A stretch of DNA of 64,000 nucleotides from Hormiphora californensis (Eukaryota; Animalia; Ctenophora): assembly GCA_020137815.1 (NCBI GenBank), contig CM035357.1, forward strand, positions 5,766,001 to 5,830,000. Reading direction: 5' to 3'. How positions within the stretch are numbered: position 1 is the first letter of the stretch; every line of letters begins with the position of its first letter. A program made the position numbers and the translations under genes. Below are positions 13,107 through 26,907 of this stretch, piece after piece. Under the pieces are notes generated by a model. It ran no database searches and had not been told where the DNA came from. It saw nothing but the letters and a program-made list of their open reading frames with translations.

Positions 13107-13823
13107 AAAGTCTGATGTGTGCGTGTGGCGTGAGAGAGAGAGTGAGCGAGAGAGACATTGCAGAAGAGAGAGCACATAATGAGAAAGGAGCGAGAGAGTG
13201 ATGAACACTCAAACACAGCACAAGAGAGAGAAATTGAGCGTTTTATTCTTTGTTGACTTGTTTTTCCCTCCCCCAACCATGAATTAAGCTCACACAAATA
13301 CCAATATTAAAATACCGTGTTTCTTTTTTTTGTACTCTTTTCAGACAGTTTAACTGTTTTACCACATCTTACCAAAGTCACCGCCATTATATGTTCAAAT
13401 ATGGCTAAAATAAAAGTGAAGTGTGTCCCCTTTGGTGCAGCAGCAGCTTTAACAGAGGGTCTACCGAGAGAGCGCGCGCTGGTAGGAGATTTGTTATGAA
13501 AGCACATATTTTCAGAAAAATGGCGGATGGCAGACTGTAGGTTTGTGTGTCAGTACCCGCACCCTTGTGTGTAGGAATGAACAATGCCCGACCTGTGCAA
13601 TACCCGACCTTCCTTTGTTCTTACTCATAGCTTAGGTTCATTATCACCCACACAGTCTGTACCAAAGTGTGAGCCTTCGCCTTGAAATGCCGATATAGGC
13701 TACCCAAAAGCAATACAAAACTCTTCATGTTTTAACTAAAAATAAAATGTATCAAGGATCACAAGTTAAACACGCTGTTATATCAGTCTCTCTGTCATTA
13801 TAAGAACACCACCCATATTGTCA

Positions 13824-15338
13824 CTATTTGTTAGCGAATGTTATCTGCATGGCATTTGTAGGGGTAATTTTGAAGTGATTCAAGGCAGTCTTCGCTTGGG
13901 AAGCCTCTGTGTCCGAGTTGAATTCCACAAAAGCAATATCGTGTCTTCCTGGAACCAGGCGAGTTTCTTTGAAGCCTGGGAACCTGAAAAAGGAAGGGGT
14001 GTGACATCAAATCATCACTTCTACAAATGGTCACGTGACCTTGACTGCGCGCATATACGCTTACAACTTGTCGTTTACTCGGGATTATGTTGCTGCGCGT
14101 TACACATCACAGACCCACAAAGCGGGAACAATTTTGTGCGCTTCGCAAGGAAGAGCAAGCTGAATTCAAACTACAGTCGGACCCCGATTTATACTCCATT
14201 TTTTTTCAACTGTTCACCCCCCAAAGTCGTGCGCGGAATTGTTTTGCGCGTCTATCACATGTTAACGTGTAGCGCGCGCAGCGTAAATTAAAATATCGCA
14301 CGCGCACGAGTTGGAGGGTGAACAGTTGAATAAAAATGGACTTTACCAGGAAGATGAACTTCCTCCGATATAGGAAAATAACAGTATTTCCTATTTATAT
14401 TACCGTGTATTACCGGTAAATCGGGGTCCAACTGTATCTCGAGATACTTACTGTTCGAAGAGCATTGTCAACATCATTTCTGTTGTTTCCTGGGGCAGGT
14501 TCTGTAGGAAAAGGATCTTATGGGGCACGCCACTACCCTTAATGGGTTGTCGTACTGCAGCTGCAGCGGGAGGGGGCTGCATGCCTGGTGGGGCGGCATT
14601 TCCAATTAGCATGTTGTCCATCAGCCTCTTGGGCTCAGTACCACCTGGGGAGAGAAACAGAAAATTAACTAATGATATCATCTAGATGAATTAAATCATT
14701 TCTTAGAAACCAAATAGTTAGCTAAAGGTAGCTCCGAATCTCCCCGACATACCCTGTTCATGAGGCTTCCGTTTGTCCTTCACAGCACCAGCACCTTTAG
14801 TAAACTTGCTTTTATCCTTAGCAGTGTAGGTACCGTCCAGCTTAGCAACAGCATCAGACTTCTTCTTGGCGTAGTTTATCCTCTGCAATTAGGGTTTAGT
14901 AAACTAGGAGGAGATGTCATTGGATGAGAATTTAAAATGTGACAGTTTACATGTCAGCAATTCATGATAGACATTGTCATAATTTGACTAAACCCCAATT
15001 ACCACATTATTCTCACCATTGGTTTCTCGTAAAATGGGAATCCCTGCATAGATCGAAGAGCATTACTTGCACTGTTAATGTCCTTGAAAACCACAAATGC
15101 CTGTCCTCGAGCTTTCAGGCTCTTTCCAGCTACAATCTCCAAAATCTCACCAAATTGCGAGAAAATGGCATACAGAGACTTCTTGAGTTCTAAAAACAAG
15201 GGGTGTTAAAAGTTGCCTAAATTTTGGATAATTTCGAATACTATCTTTCTCATTACCTTCCATTTTCACTTTTTCATTGAGGTTGTTAATGTATAGAGTT
15301 TGACATGGGGGCAGTGGCAGCACTCCTCCCTGGTTCAT
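13824..15338 (-). CDS. SNRPA: U1A/U2B''/SNF family snRNP protein (two RRMs)
   Basis: Exons 15338-15257, 15189-15017, 14882-14753, 14644-14452, 13983-13824. Motifs [88 protein letters not shown]1A and U2B'' cannot be separated by eye. Confidence 0.92.
14174..14434. mobile_element. Tc1/mariner-type MITE (CAGTCGGACCCCGATTTA TIR, TA TSD) carrying a nested second MITE at 14192-14343
   Basis: TA-CAGTCGGACCCCGATTTA ... TAAATCGGGGTCCAACTG-TA. The inner element TACTCCATTTTTTTTCAACTGTTCACCC...GGGTGAACAGTTGAATAAAAATGGACTT is flanked by TA and has a second copy at 41660. Confidence 0.85.
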
Positions 15339-16166
15339 TTTAGTGATTACTGGTGCTCAAGTTAAGGAATACAAACCTTTTTGCAGCAATGGAATCTAAA
15401 ATTTTATTCGCCGGGGATGGAATATAGCCTACTTGTGAAAGTGAAAGTTTTTGTTCTATACCGAAAATTAAATCTCGGCCAATTTGTTTATTTTACTGAC
15501 CTTCCTTTTTGACTTTATCATTAAGGTTGTTAACGTAAATGGAGGGACTGGGAGGGTACATGCCACGGGATGGGGCTGTCATTGCACACACTAATTCAGA
15601 GAGAGAAGGATAGGGAGAGACAGTTAAGGAGCACAACTTGTGAGGTGACAAAACTAACTAAATTATTGGTCTTAATATTTTGGTCAGGTTTGGGTATAAT
15701 TTTGGTTTTATTTTAATAGCAGCAGGAAAAGGATACTGTTTCTTCAGTAGAGAGGGTGAGTTCCAAGTGTAGAGAGTTCGTTTGATTTGAGCCCTACTAA
15801 AATAGGAATAAATCATTGGTTAGTCGGATATGAATAAATCGTTGGTTAGTTAGAAGTCGGATTTAACGAGACTCATAAGTAAAACACGGGTTTATTTCAG
15901 AAAAAAGGGGGGCGAACACATAATTATATATCGGAACTAAATCAGGGAAAAGTTAAATATTAGTCGGTCAGGTTCACTTTTAGAAAAAAACTACATTGAC
16001 GTGCACAACCCCACTCTTTCTTTCATTCCAATCTCTTTGATTTAAACTCTCTCTTTCTCTCAGTCATATTGTTTGCAATCTCAAAAAACACATTCTCTCT
16101 CAACAAAATCACTGTTTTTTGTTTAAAAACCACTCCACCAAATCTCTAAAAACCAATATATCTATC

Positions 16167-19100
16167 CTAGTACACAGCAGTTCCCTCCTCTCCCGCAATA
16201 ATTTCTGAGGAGAGTTTGGAGATGACATCGTGAAGCCAGTAGTCGGATGGCATTGGGAAGGTCTTCATTGTTAGTAACAACTCCCTGTTTTCTGATTCCT
16301 GGAACAACGCCTTCCAAATCTGGTGAGGGTGGGGGGGGGGTTAAATTCTGTCTCATCTGTTTCATTTCTAGGTCTAGCAAAGCCATCTGTCGCATATAAT
16401 AATCGTCAGAGGCCATATAAAATCAGAAAATAATAAAGAAGAGACCACTTATAATGTGGCTAATAATGCGGCTACTACTCACGTGCACAAGAAGTGTGGC
16501 TGTCCGCAAGCCCATCATGTCTACTGCACATATCTCTGTTAGTTTGGTGTATGGGAGGTGGTTCAACGTTGCCCCGACTTCACTGACACATGCCCGTAAT
16601 GTTTCCAACTCTTCCTCACTCTAAAAAGGAGGGGGGATTTAATAAAAAAGGGCGGAGTTTAATAAAAGAGGGAGTTTACTAAAAGGGAGACTAGTGAGTG
16701 TTCGGGAAAATGGGGTTAACTTACCGATGGTAACTGTGAAGGTAACCCAAGGTAACCATGGTAAACCCCAGCCCCGGTGTCCCATTGTGGTATGTAGTGT
16801 TTGTGGGTGTGGAGTCGTTCCAAACAACACGTTAGAGCTTCCTCCTCCCGAGATACTATCTTCTGGGTCGCTATGGGGGGAGAGATATTGAATATCAGGA
16901 GGAGTTTACATATTTACAAATGAAGGTTAATCAAACACGAAAAGAGGTCTTCCTAATGAGAGGAGATTTGAGAGAATAACAAAAACAGCTAACAATATTT
17001 GCTTTTCCTCTCCAGTCTCCAAAAGGAGTTGCAATGTTTCAACCTACCAAGTTTGTCTAGGAATGTAGAGTGAGCCTGAATGTACTGTTGAGCATCACAC
17101 AGCTCCAGCACCACAACCTCCCAATCCTCTCTAAACCTCGCTGCCAGGGCCCTAGCTCCACTGAAAACCTCCCTGGGGACACGGAGTCGCCCCACACAGA
17201 ACTCTTCCTCAGTCCTGTCCCCCTGGGATCTTTGGATGACGTGGGATACTGCTGTGGTTCCCCCTCCCGGGAGGTGACGGAGGACAAATACACACCTGGA
17301 ATAAGAGAGGTGGTGGATTTATATCTGGTATTTGAAACTGTATTGGTAAGTTGTGTTCACGTCCAAGACCCCTTAATTGTATTTAGTATTTCCTACAGGA
17401 ACTGAGAACAGCTGATTATGAATGGTACTACCCACCATGATACGAGACCGAGTCGCTCCAACTGTGCCGCATAGTTGGATGTAATCTTGGCAGCTAGATG
17501 TGGGGATGTGGGTGGTAACCCCAGACTATACAGAGTGGTCCACAGAAACCAGGTATCTCTCTCATTCAGGATGTTGGGGGTTATTCCCTGGTTATCTAGC
17601 ACGTGGGAGAGAGGGTGGGCGGGGTTGCAGTAGAGTAGGAGCAACTCCCAGAATACACTGTAGTCCTCATCCTCGGTGACAACAGGGGCTGCTACCATAC
17701 CTGGGAGTGGGAGGGTGTGAGGGAGATGAGGGAGGAGGGGGAGAGGATGGTACTAAGACGGTTTTAGAAGAGGCTGATCAAACTCACACTAAGTTAGGAT
17801 TGTACCTGCTTCGAATGCTTCCTTGTACATGAGAACTGCCTGTTGTAGGGGAGCAGAGGGAGGTAGGAACCGGAGGAATAGAGCAAATGATGACATCCAA
17901 TCCATGTTCTCACACACGTTTATTGTTTTAGTAGAGCTCTCCCAAATCTAAAAATAAATGTTGAAATAAACTCGCTATTACAATAATTTAAGTTGAATTA
18001 ATTAACTGAACAAGACAAGTTATTACAAGGGGTTGTTATGTTCTAACCCTCCCTTTACGGGGGCGGGGCGCCCGAAACACAGTCTAGCTTGGCAAAAAAG
18101 GGGATAGAATATCTAACCTGTTCCCCAGAGAGAAGCACATAAATCCTCAGCCGATCATCAGATATCAGGGCATCACTTCCATTCTCCTTCCACTGCTGAA
18201 GCTGTTTCAGCACCAACTGTCTCACAACAGGGGTAGAAGACTGTGATACAAGGAGTGCTAGTTGGAAGTCCCCGGCCTTACACAAGATCTCACACGCCTC
18301 CTGGGTGCCCTTGGCAGATAGCCAGGCCAGTACAGCAGGAAGGTGGGACACACCGAGTTTACTGAATTCTAGTGTTCGTTCCTTAGCAACCATCCTCAGT
18401 TCATCACCTAACCAACTCTCTAGATTCCCCCTCCGGTGTTGTAACTCCCCATACTGGCTCCTGCTCTCCTCATCACCCTCGTCTGCCCAGAGGGCCCTGC
18501 AGAGGAGGAGAGCAGATCTCAACACACTCTCACTATCCTCCTCTCCTCCTAGCACCTCAACAAGATCATCCAGTGCAGCGTGGCCCCCTTTAGGCTGGGC
18601 TGATGTCTCATCGTCCCATCCTGTATGCTCCAACTGCACATCCAGTAGGGGATCGTGTTGTTCAGGGGTTGTTCCACACATAATCCTCTCAATTTGGAGA
18701 CGAGAGAAAATACCCGAGGCAGTTGTGTGGGAATCAAACACGCTCGTGTTGCTCTTTTTACCAGCCAACAGAGGCTGATTTAGGATACAATCCTCCCGGA
18801 TGGGTGAGATACAATGATCGATATCCAAAGTGTCGCGATAATCCCATATCTAGTTTGAAGTGAGTGTGTCCCGCAGCAATGGATTGAGATAGAGGGGGAA
18901 GGGAGAGGATTGAGGGAACGATAGAAACCCCGAAATTCTTCACCGGAGCAGCAGGTTTTATCTCTCTTGCTGTCCTTCTTCTCCTCACTAATCTCGGAAG
19001 TTTCCAACTTCTCCATTTTCAGGGCAGGTCTTAGTGAATGAACCCTTCTTAGTCAGGAGGAGAGATGAGGAGTAGTTAAAGTTAGACTCCCCAAACAAAT

Positions 19101-20840
19101 TCTCCATCTCCTCTTCCTGTTCATCCTCTTCCTCACTCTCGTTAAACCCAAACAAACCCTCTTTATACCCCTCATACCCCTCCATCTTCCTAACAATCAC
19201 CGTGCTGTTATTATTGTGCTTCATCCTAGGCTTCTCATCTTCCTCTTCTTCCTGATCTTCCTCCTCGGCTGGTTCTTCAAACATGACATCATCAGTCCCA
19301 CCATCATCCTCTCCAAAATCAATGTGTTCTGGTGACTGCTTCTCCTGTTTCATCCTCTTGACATCCTCAACCTCCTCATCTGAGTCATCCAGCAGGCCGT
19401 ACTGACTGAAATGTTTCACCATGAAGGTCCACTGGCCACTTTCTGGTTTGTACTCAATGAACTTGGCCCCCATTTTGAAGGTTTTCTTTTCTAGGTAGGC
19501 AGGGAACCCCCGGCGGATGATCTCTTTGGCGTCAGTAACGTTCTCCTTGGTACCCTTGTCTGTCGGGTAAACACACTCCAGTGTGACCTCTGAAAAGGTG
19601 GTGAACATTAAACAGCTGTTGGGGGAACATAACATTTATTCAAAAAAATTATCGTGACGAATTGTCTTGCACTATGTTCTAACTTTCGCATGAGAAAGGG
19701 TCGAGTAATGCAAGAATTGTCCTCGACAAGGACAACTTATCGACCTACCAGATCTGCGGTTGAGACCCTGTCCCTGGGGCGGTTTAATACTGTCATCCGG
19801 GTAGACAACAATCTCTTTTCTCCGGAAGAAGACCGTCTTATCAAGATCCATACCATACAAATCTACCTCGCCAAGGAACTTCACCTCTCCATACCTGAGA
19901 TATATATGGGGTTAGATTTGGTTTTGAAGAGTAGAGCTGAACTATGAAATGTTTTATAATTCCCCAATAGGCCATAAACGTTGAATTATTTGTCCCGTAC
20001 AGTACGCGAAGACAGTACAGACAACAAAAAGGTACAAAATATAAATCACTTACCCGGCGCGTCCAATGATAAGATCTCTAACAACCAGACTATCATCTTT
20101 AACCAGATCCGCTAGCTCGTTACACCCAGGGATGGTGTAATACTCAGGACGGGAGAGGGTAAAGGGAAGGGTTGGTGCAGGGGTTTTCAGTGGTTTCCCA
20201 TCCAAACCAACCAGGGGCTCTTCTTCCTCAATTTCCTGGGATGAGAAATTGAGAATTGAAAAGTTAAAAAGTTGCAAGTCTCAGTGTCAGAGTCAGTAAT
20301 AATACTCCTGGCAGGTAAGGGCGGAAAAGGAACCGGGCTCTTATAACCCAGTGTATCAGGGTATATTCCAACGACGCCCTAAACAAACAAACAAACAAAC
20401 AAACAAACAAACAAACAAACAAACAAACAAACAAACAAACAAACAAACAAACAAACAAACAAACAACCCAACTAGTTATCAGCTGTACCTGCATAGTATT
20501 CTCGATGATAGACCGATCTTTTGGAGGTGTTGTTATATCCCGGGGTGGGGTGGTTCGCTCCAGTTTCCACGAATTACGAGGGTTGTTGGTTGTGGCAGTT
20601 GGAGCTGGTGTATCAACATCAAATGGTAGTTTCCGACTAAAACAAAAACGGGATTTTAAATGCGAAAATTTGGGTGAAGTTTATAATAAAAAACATAACA
20701 GCTCATCCAAGTTAAGCGGAATAACGCAGGTGTGGATAAACTCGTTTTTTCTTTGGTTATTGGGTAAACCTACCTGATAGGTGATAGTTTGAGTGGCGTT
20801 GTGTTCAGCAGGTTGTGATTATCAGATACTGGTTCCTCTG

Positions 20841-20880
<40 letters not shown>

Positions 20881-23800
20881 GAGATTTTAGTTTAGCCTTT
20901 TTAGAATTTCGGTTTTCTACCCGGTCTGGAGGGCACAACAAGTGTCGTTTCAAAAGTCCCTAATTTATAATTCATAACAGTAACTCAGTATTATAAAACT
21001 CCCTACCAGCAGGGGGAGGAGGTACGGTAGTTGTCATATCGGCTGCTGTAGATTGCTCTGGCTCAGCTGATGAGGTGGTATGATGGTAATCTAGATCGGG
21101 TGTCTCAGGCTCACTGTACTTATTAGATTGGAGGACCAACTTCTTGAGACTGTTCCGAGGGAGGAAGGCCTTCTGGTGAGGGGGAGATATCATCTTCCAG
21201 TCCCTCAAATAGTTGGTTGTAGCTGAAGGGCTTAGGACGGGCCTGCGAGGGGGTTAGCGTGAAAATGAGAATCATCAGTATACTGATGATCAAGGATGTA
21301 ATGAATCAGTAATGAATCAGTAATGAATCAGTAATTAGATAATTCCGTTGATCCTAAAAATAGATGAATATCTCTCTCACATTGGAAAGTTTGGGGTTAA
21401 TCCTTGACTTGCTGCTGTTCACACTTGCAGGAGGAGGGGTTGTTGGTTTGATCTTCTGGTGCTCAGAGAGTGCGTTCCGGAAGAGGGGTGAATCACCAAA
21501 TGGAGTCGAGGAGAGGGCAGCTACCACAGAGTGAATGTGGGTACTGTCCAGAGAGGCACCTGGAAGAACATAGGGTTTAGAACTTTATTATTATTTCTCT
21601 CTCAGTTTCAAATCAGAAGAAGAAAATACGTTTTGGCCCGTTTCGCGGCATTTAGGTCAGGATGCAGGTTTGAATTTAGGGAAGGTGGGAATCTAGAGCA
21701 TGTCTGAATGTTGGGTAGGTCCGTATCTTGGGTCAACCGAATTCAAGAGTAGTCGCTGAATCGTGTCTCGTATCATTGCAATTCCATGATACAAGGACAG
21801 GGTGACATTCCAGACGATGTGAATTATACCGCCCCGGACACCTCACCAAACAAACTTTCGAATTCGGAACTATTACAATGGACACGAGTGGTTATCTTGT
21901 ATGACGTGGCACACACATGACGTGTCTACAATGAAAGGATTTATTTGAATGAAGGAGGATGAGGGAAGAAAACTTTTTGCATCTGACAGTGGACCTAACC
22001 CTCCTTGAGACAGGGTTGAACAAGGCTAACAGACCCAGCTGGCTGGGTGTTTGCGATTTAGTCGGTATTATAAGTGCAAAGAAAAACACATGTACTTTTA
22101 AACTAAACATTTTGAATTTAAAACTAAACATTTTGAATTTAAATATTAATTTTGCTTTATTATGGGGCCATGATTATTATCACTCCACCTTCTAGTAGTT
22201 TAGCCACTCCACCTTCTAGCAGTTTAGCCACTCCACCTTCTAGCAGTTTAGCCACTCCACCTTCTCGTAGTTTAGCCACTCCACCTTCTAGCAGTTTAGC
22301 CACTCCACCTTCTAGCAGTTTAGCCACTCCACCTTCTAGCAGTTTAGCCACTCCACCTTCTAGCAGTTTAGCCACTGCACTTTCAAGTAGTTTCTAGTAG
22401 CTTTAACAACTTAATTGCAGAGATGAACCAGTGGATCTCTCATTGGAATCAAAATCATCAACCAATGTGAAACCACACTGCTCGAGGGTACTAGAAGAAC
22501 AAAAGAGGTAAGAGAGGACATACTTCATCTCATTTTCAATCATAAACCCACAGGACAACTTGGTGTTGGAAATGTCACTAATCCACTCAGTTCTACTTCG
22601 GGTAGCGTCTCTGCTGTGGTGCCCAACGATGGTGCAAAGGTGGATTCCGTTAATGTGGTTAGAAGTGTAGGGAGTTAACCCAGTCCTTTCCTCTCCCGTT
22701 CGGTAGTTTCTAACCGTCACCAGGACATTTCCAAATTTACCACCGGACCTCATATCACCGTATTCGATGTTTCCAGCCTCGTTGTACGCCAGAGTCACGT
22801 TTTTCAGCTCCCAAAATTGTTTCCAATCGTTACTACAGGACAGCCACAGGGCATCATCGATATTCCAGTCACCGCTGGTCAGGGAGGCAGAGCAATCCCC
22901 GAGATCCGTAGAGTTTGACGGACAGTTGAGATCTTTGGTGATCACAGGTGTATTCCATTCTTTTATTGTGCTACACATGAGCTTGTACGGATTGGTAACG
23001 TTTTTCGTGACGTTGTACGTCACATAATAGTCGTATCCAGCCTTATTACACAGGATCTGGGCAGTCTTATTATCAACTCCGTTACCACCAACGAGGCCGA
23101 TCCTCTGGGTTCCGTTTGTCAGCACGACAGTTCCACTGCACGAGATAGACTCAGGGCCAGGGGGGGTACCGGGCTCACCATCGGCAATCAGCAACTCTAC
23201 TCCCAAGTCAGCCAGATCCGCAGAGTGACATCCTCCTAGGAGAAGGAGTGCTGCTGTAGTAGTCAGTAGTTGAGTGAACATGGCTTCGATCGTTCCGGTA
23301 AATTAAACTAGCTGTGCAGCTACCTTTTATATTACTAAATGGGTCGATTTAACGCCCTTCTTTCACCTGCGTGACTCACGAGAGGAGAGCGTTAAATTTG
23401 CCGTGAGTATCCTTTGTTTCCGAATGATGGTAATTCTTTGTTTGTAGTTAGATAAAGGACTTGACCCAGCACAGCTTATCGTCAATAGAAGAGGGTTTGA
23501 GTCAAGGGGAGATCTCTACTCTTATTACTAAATCAGATAAAGGACCCCTGGAGCTTGTGTTTTCTCTATAGGCATAGCACGTGCAAAACAAAGAAGTGAA
23601 AAACTGCACAAAAGACCACCCACCCATCACGTGTTTGGTGATACCACCAGGTGGTTCAAAAAATAATCACTGCGCTGGCAAGCGCAAAGGTGACCATTCC
23701 CTCCCCCCAGCCGTGCGTGCCAGAATGCAGTAATAACTTTTTTCAGTTTTTAGCCAAAAATGGCATTTTGCGACGCCCATAGCGAGGCCCCCACTCTACC

Positions 23801-25582
23801 AATCCGTCTGAAATTTGGTATACAGTGTCACATAGTCTAGATCTACTATAGTTTAAAATGACAAGTCTCTATCTCTTTTAGTTTTAGAGATATGGCATCG
23901 TGAAAAAAGCAATAAGTGTCCCGGGTCTATCTATCTATCTATCTATCTATGTATCTATGTATCTATGGATAGACGCTATTTTACCAAATTTATAATCGTT
24001 TTTGAGAGAAAACGACATATAGTCAGGACCACTATTGGTGCGCGGTCGTGCCCACGGAAGGAGTGCTTGGATTATCTTGAAACCGGTTTTAAGTTCACTA
24101 ATGCATACCCAAAAGTGTCCGTAGCCATTTGGGTGATGTTCTGTCAATCCAATCACGAGTTATGACCGAAAAACAGTCAAAAAAGACGTTTTAAAGTGAC
24201 AAAAAGGAGGATCTAAACACAGCCCTTATATGAAGGGCTGGGGCTTTGAAACTTCTTGTGTGGACAGAGAATCGTCCAAATTTGCAGTGTCAACTTTCAG
24301 ATAGTTTCTATCTTTTGTAGTTATCTAATTAGAGTCGTTTAAACACGTGAGAAGTTGCTAAAGGGGCCTATAATACTGCTTGTGAAGTGATCACTTGACG
24401 AGATTTGCCCAATTAGAGAGCGGATTAAAGCATACAAGCGGTGAGAGCAAGCAATATGAGACGGAAGTAGTACCTAATCGCCCTGTTTTGCAGGGTCATA
24501 CAGATCGTCTCACATGTTTAAACAGCTCTAATTAGATAACTACAAAAGATAGAAACTATCTGAAAGTTGACACTGCAAATTTGGACGATTCTCTGTCCAC
24601 ACAAGAAGTTTCAAAGCCCCAGCCCTTCATATAAGGGCTGTGTTCAGATCCTCCTTTTTGTCACTTTAAAACGTCTTTCTTGACGGTTTTTCGGTCATAA
24701 CTCGTGATTGGATTGTCAGAACATCACCCAAATGGCTACGGACACTTTTGGGTATGCATTAGTGAACTTAAAACCGGTTTCAAGATGATCCAAGCACTCC
24801 TTCCGTGGGCACGACCGTGCACCAATAGTGGTCCTGACTAATAAGATAGACACTTCTCGTTTGTTGCATTCGAAAGATAATCGTTTGAAATGTGTAGACG
24901 AATAGTTTTCATGTTCTAGGTCCAATCAGAACGTCTTGACAAACTGTCATAAAGATAAGACATTTTTCAAACCAACCAAATTTCTTTGAGCTCAATTTAC
25001 ACCCTGAAGACGGTTTCTGATTGAAAAACGGAGACCACACTTATGAAAGATAATCGTCTAAACTTTCAGAAACTATATCGCGAATTTGTAAAACTCTATT
25101 TCTAAGGGTCTCAAATCGCGTCTGAAGTGTTAAGACTGTATGAAAATAGATATGACGATAGTGCGTTTTTTGCCATAGCGACCTCAAATCTTGTCCAATC
25201 GATCTCAAACTTGGTCAGCCTCTTTATCTAAATGAGCCTGATAATAATACTTTCCTATCATGACGTTATAACGTCGTGACGTCACGCTATGACGTCACAA
25301 TGACGTCAAAATTAAAATTTTCGTATTTTAGCGATTCCTGACGGTCTTTACACGTCCAGACATGTCTTACATTGTATTTCACATCAGAAAATACCAAAAA
25401 TGTACCCCAATTATGCCAAAAACTAACAGAAATTAGTTGGCTGAAAAGGTGACCACTTTTGTTGTCAAATTGACACCTTTGCCCGGCCCGGGTTACGGAT
25501 ATCATCGATTGGGTAAATCAGGGGGTAAATCAGGGAGTTTGAGAAGAGAGATAGAGAGAGATAGGGAGGAAGAGAAAGAGAA

Positions 25583-25644
<62 letters not shown>

Positions 25645-26790
25645 AAGAGAGAGATATAAATTAGAGAGGGAAAGATGATGATGAAACCCGGAGAGGGCAA
25701 AGGTGTCAATTTGACAACAAAAGTGGTCACCTTTTCAGCCAACTAATTTCTGTTAGTTTTTGGCATAATAATAATAATAATAATAATATTAATAATATTA
25801 AGTTTTGTATACCGCCATATTAAGTTATGTATACCGCCACAGACACGACAGGGCCAGATTAAGTAAAACTGTACACTGACACTGAACGAGCTTTCAGAGC
25901 GGTATACCTAACGCCAAAAATGGAAGAATAATTGGAGAGAGGGGGTAAAAAAAAGTCTAATCACCTGGGGGAGAGATATTCCGGCCCGCCCTTTTAAAGC
26001 CAAAGCTAACTACTCGTTGAAAGGAGTAGAGACAAAACGAGCACCAAAGTTTCACTCCTCGATAGTGGGGGTCGGTGCTGATTAGTCTCTATCTCACTGT
26101 AGCTAATTGGAACTTAGGTGCCAAGCCTGTTTCTGGCCATGGCTAAGCCGGTTAGGAAAGGAGTAGACAAAACAAGGGATAAACTGGTACGTCCTCCATT
26201 AGTGGGGTAGGCGCCGGAATTAAGTTCTATCATCTGGTTAATCGAATGAATTAGGTCTGTACATAGACTTTTGCTATGCATATCACCACTTAGGAATGGT
26301 TTGGTTACACTGTGCCACTTGTCGATATTTATCTAAGTTGTTTGAAAAATACTCAATCTCTTAACTTGGCTGTTGGTCAAAGAGGCAAAACGAATTTCAA
26401 TTATCTCTTTTGAATGGTATTGGCTATTGCAAATACTCGAAGTTAAGGAAGGCTAATTGTTACAACTCTTAGATTTAATTGTTTTTTAACAAAATGGCAC
26501 CCGTGAAAAGTCTAAACCATTCCTAAGTGGCTAGGGCCCTTTGCCAAAAAACGGTTATGCGCTATTATCATTTCTATTTAACCTTAATTATTTGGAACCG
26601 CCATATAAGTTTGTACTCGCCAGACACGACAGGCCAATAGTAAACTGTACCTGACACTACAGTTAGGAGCGGTATACCTAACGCAAAAAAATGGAAGAAT
26701 AATTGGAGAGAGGGGTGGTGGTCGCCGGATCACTCATTTTCATTTCCCGTGATGAGAGCGGAATGAAGAAAGTATGTGAGGGAGAGATAT

Positions 26791-26833
<43 letters not shown>

Positions 26834-26870
26834 ATCGAGAGAGGAGAAGAGAGAGAGAGAGAGTAGGTAG

Positions 26871-26907
<37 letters not shown>

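Noticed and set aside
16162-16416. 84-aa ORF MASDDYY as a separate gene
   Set aside because: Overlaps the last Nup96 exon in another frame; the spliced frame contains the conserved PMPxDY motif.
22152-22397. Repeat peptides (SSLATPPS / AKLLEGGV) as a read-through extension of the SRCR gene
   Set aside because: Same frame, but separated by two stops (TAA AGC TAC TAG); treated as a 3'-UTR minisatellite.
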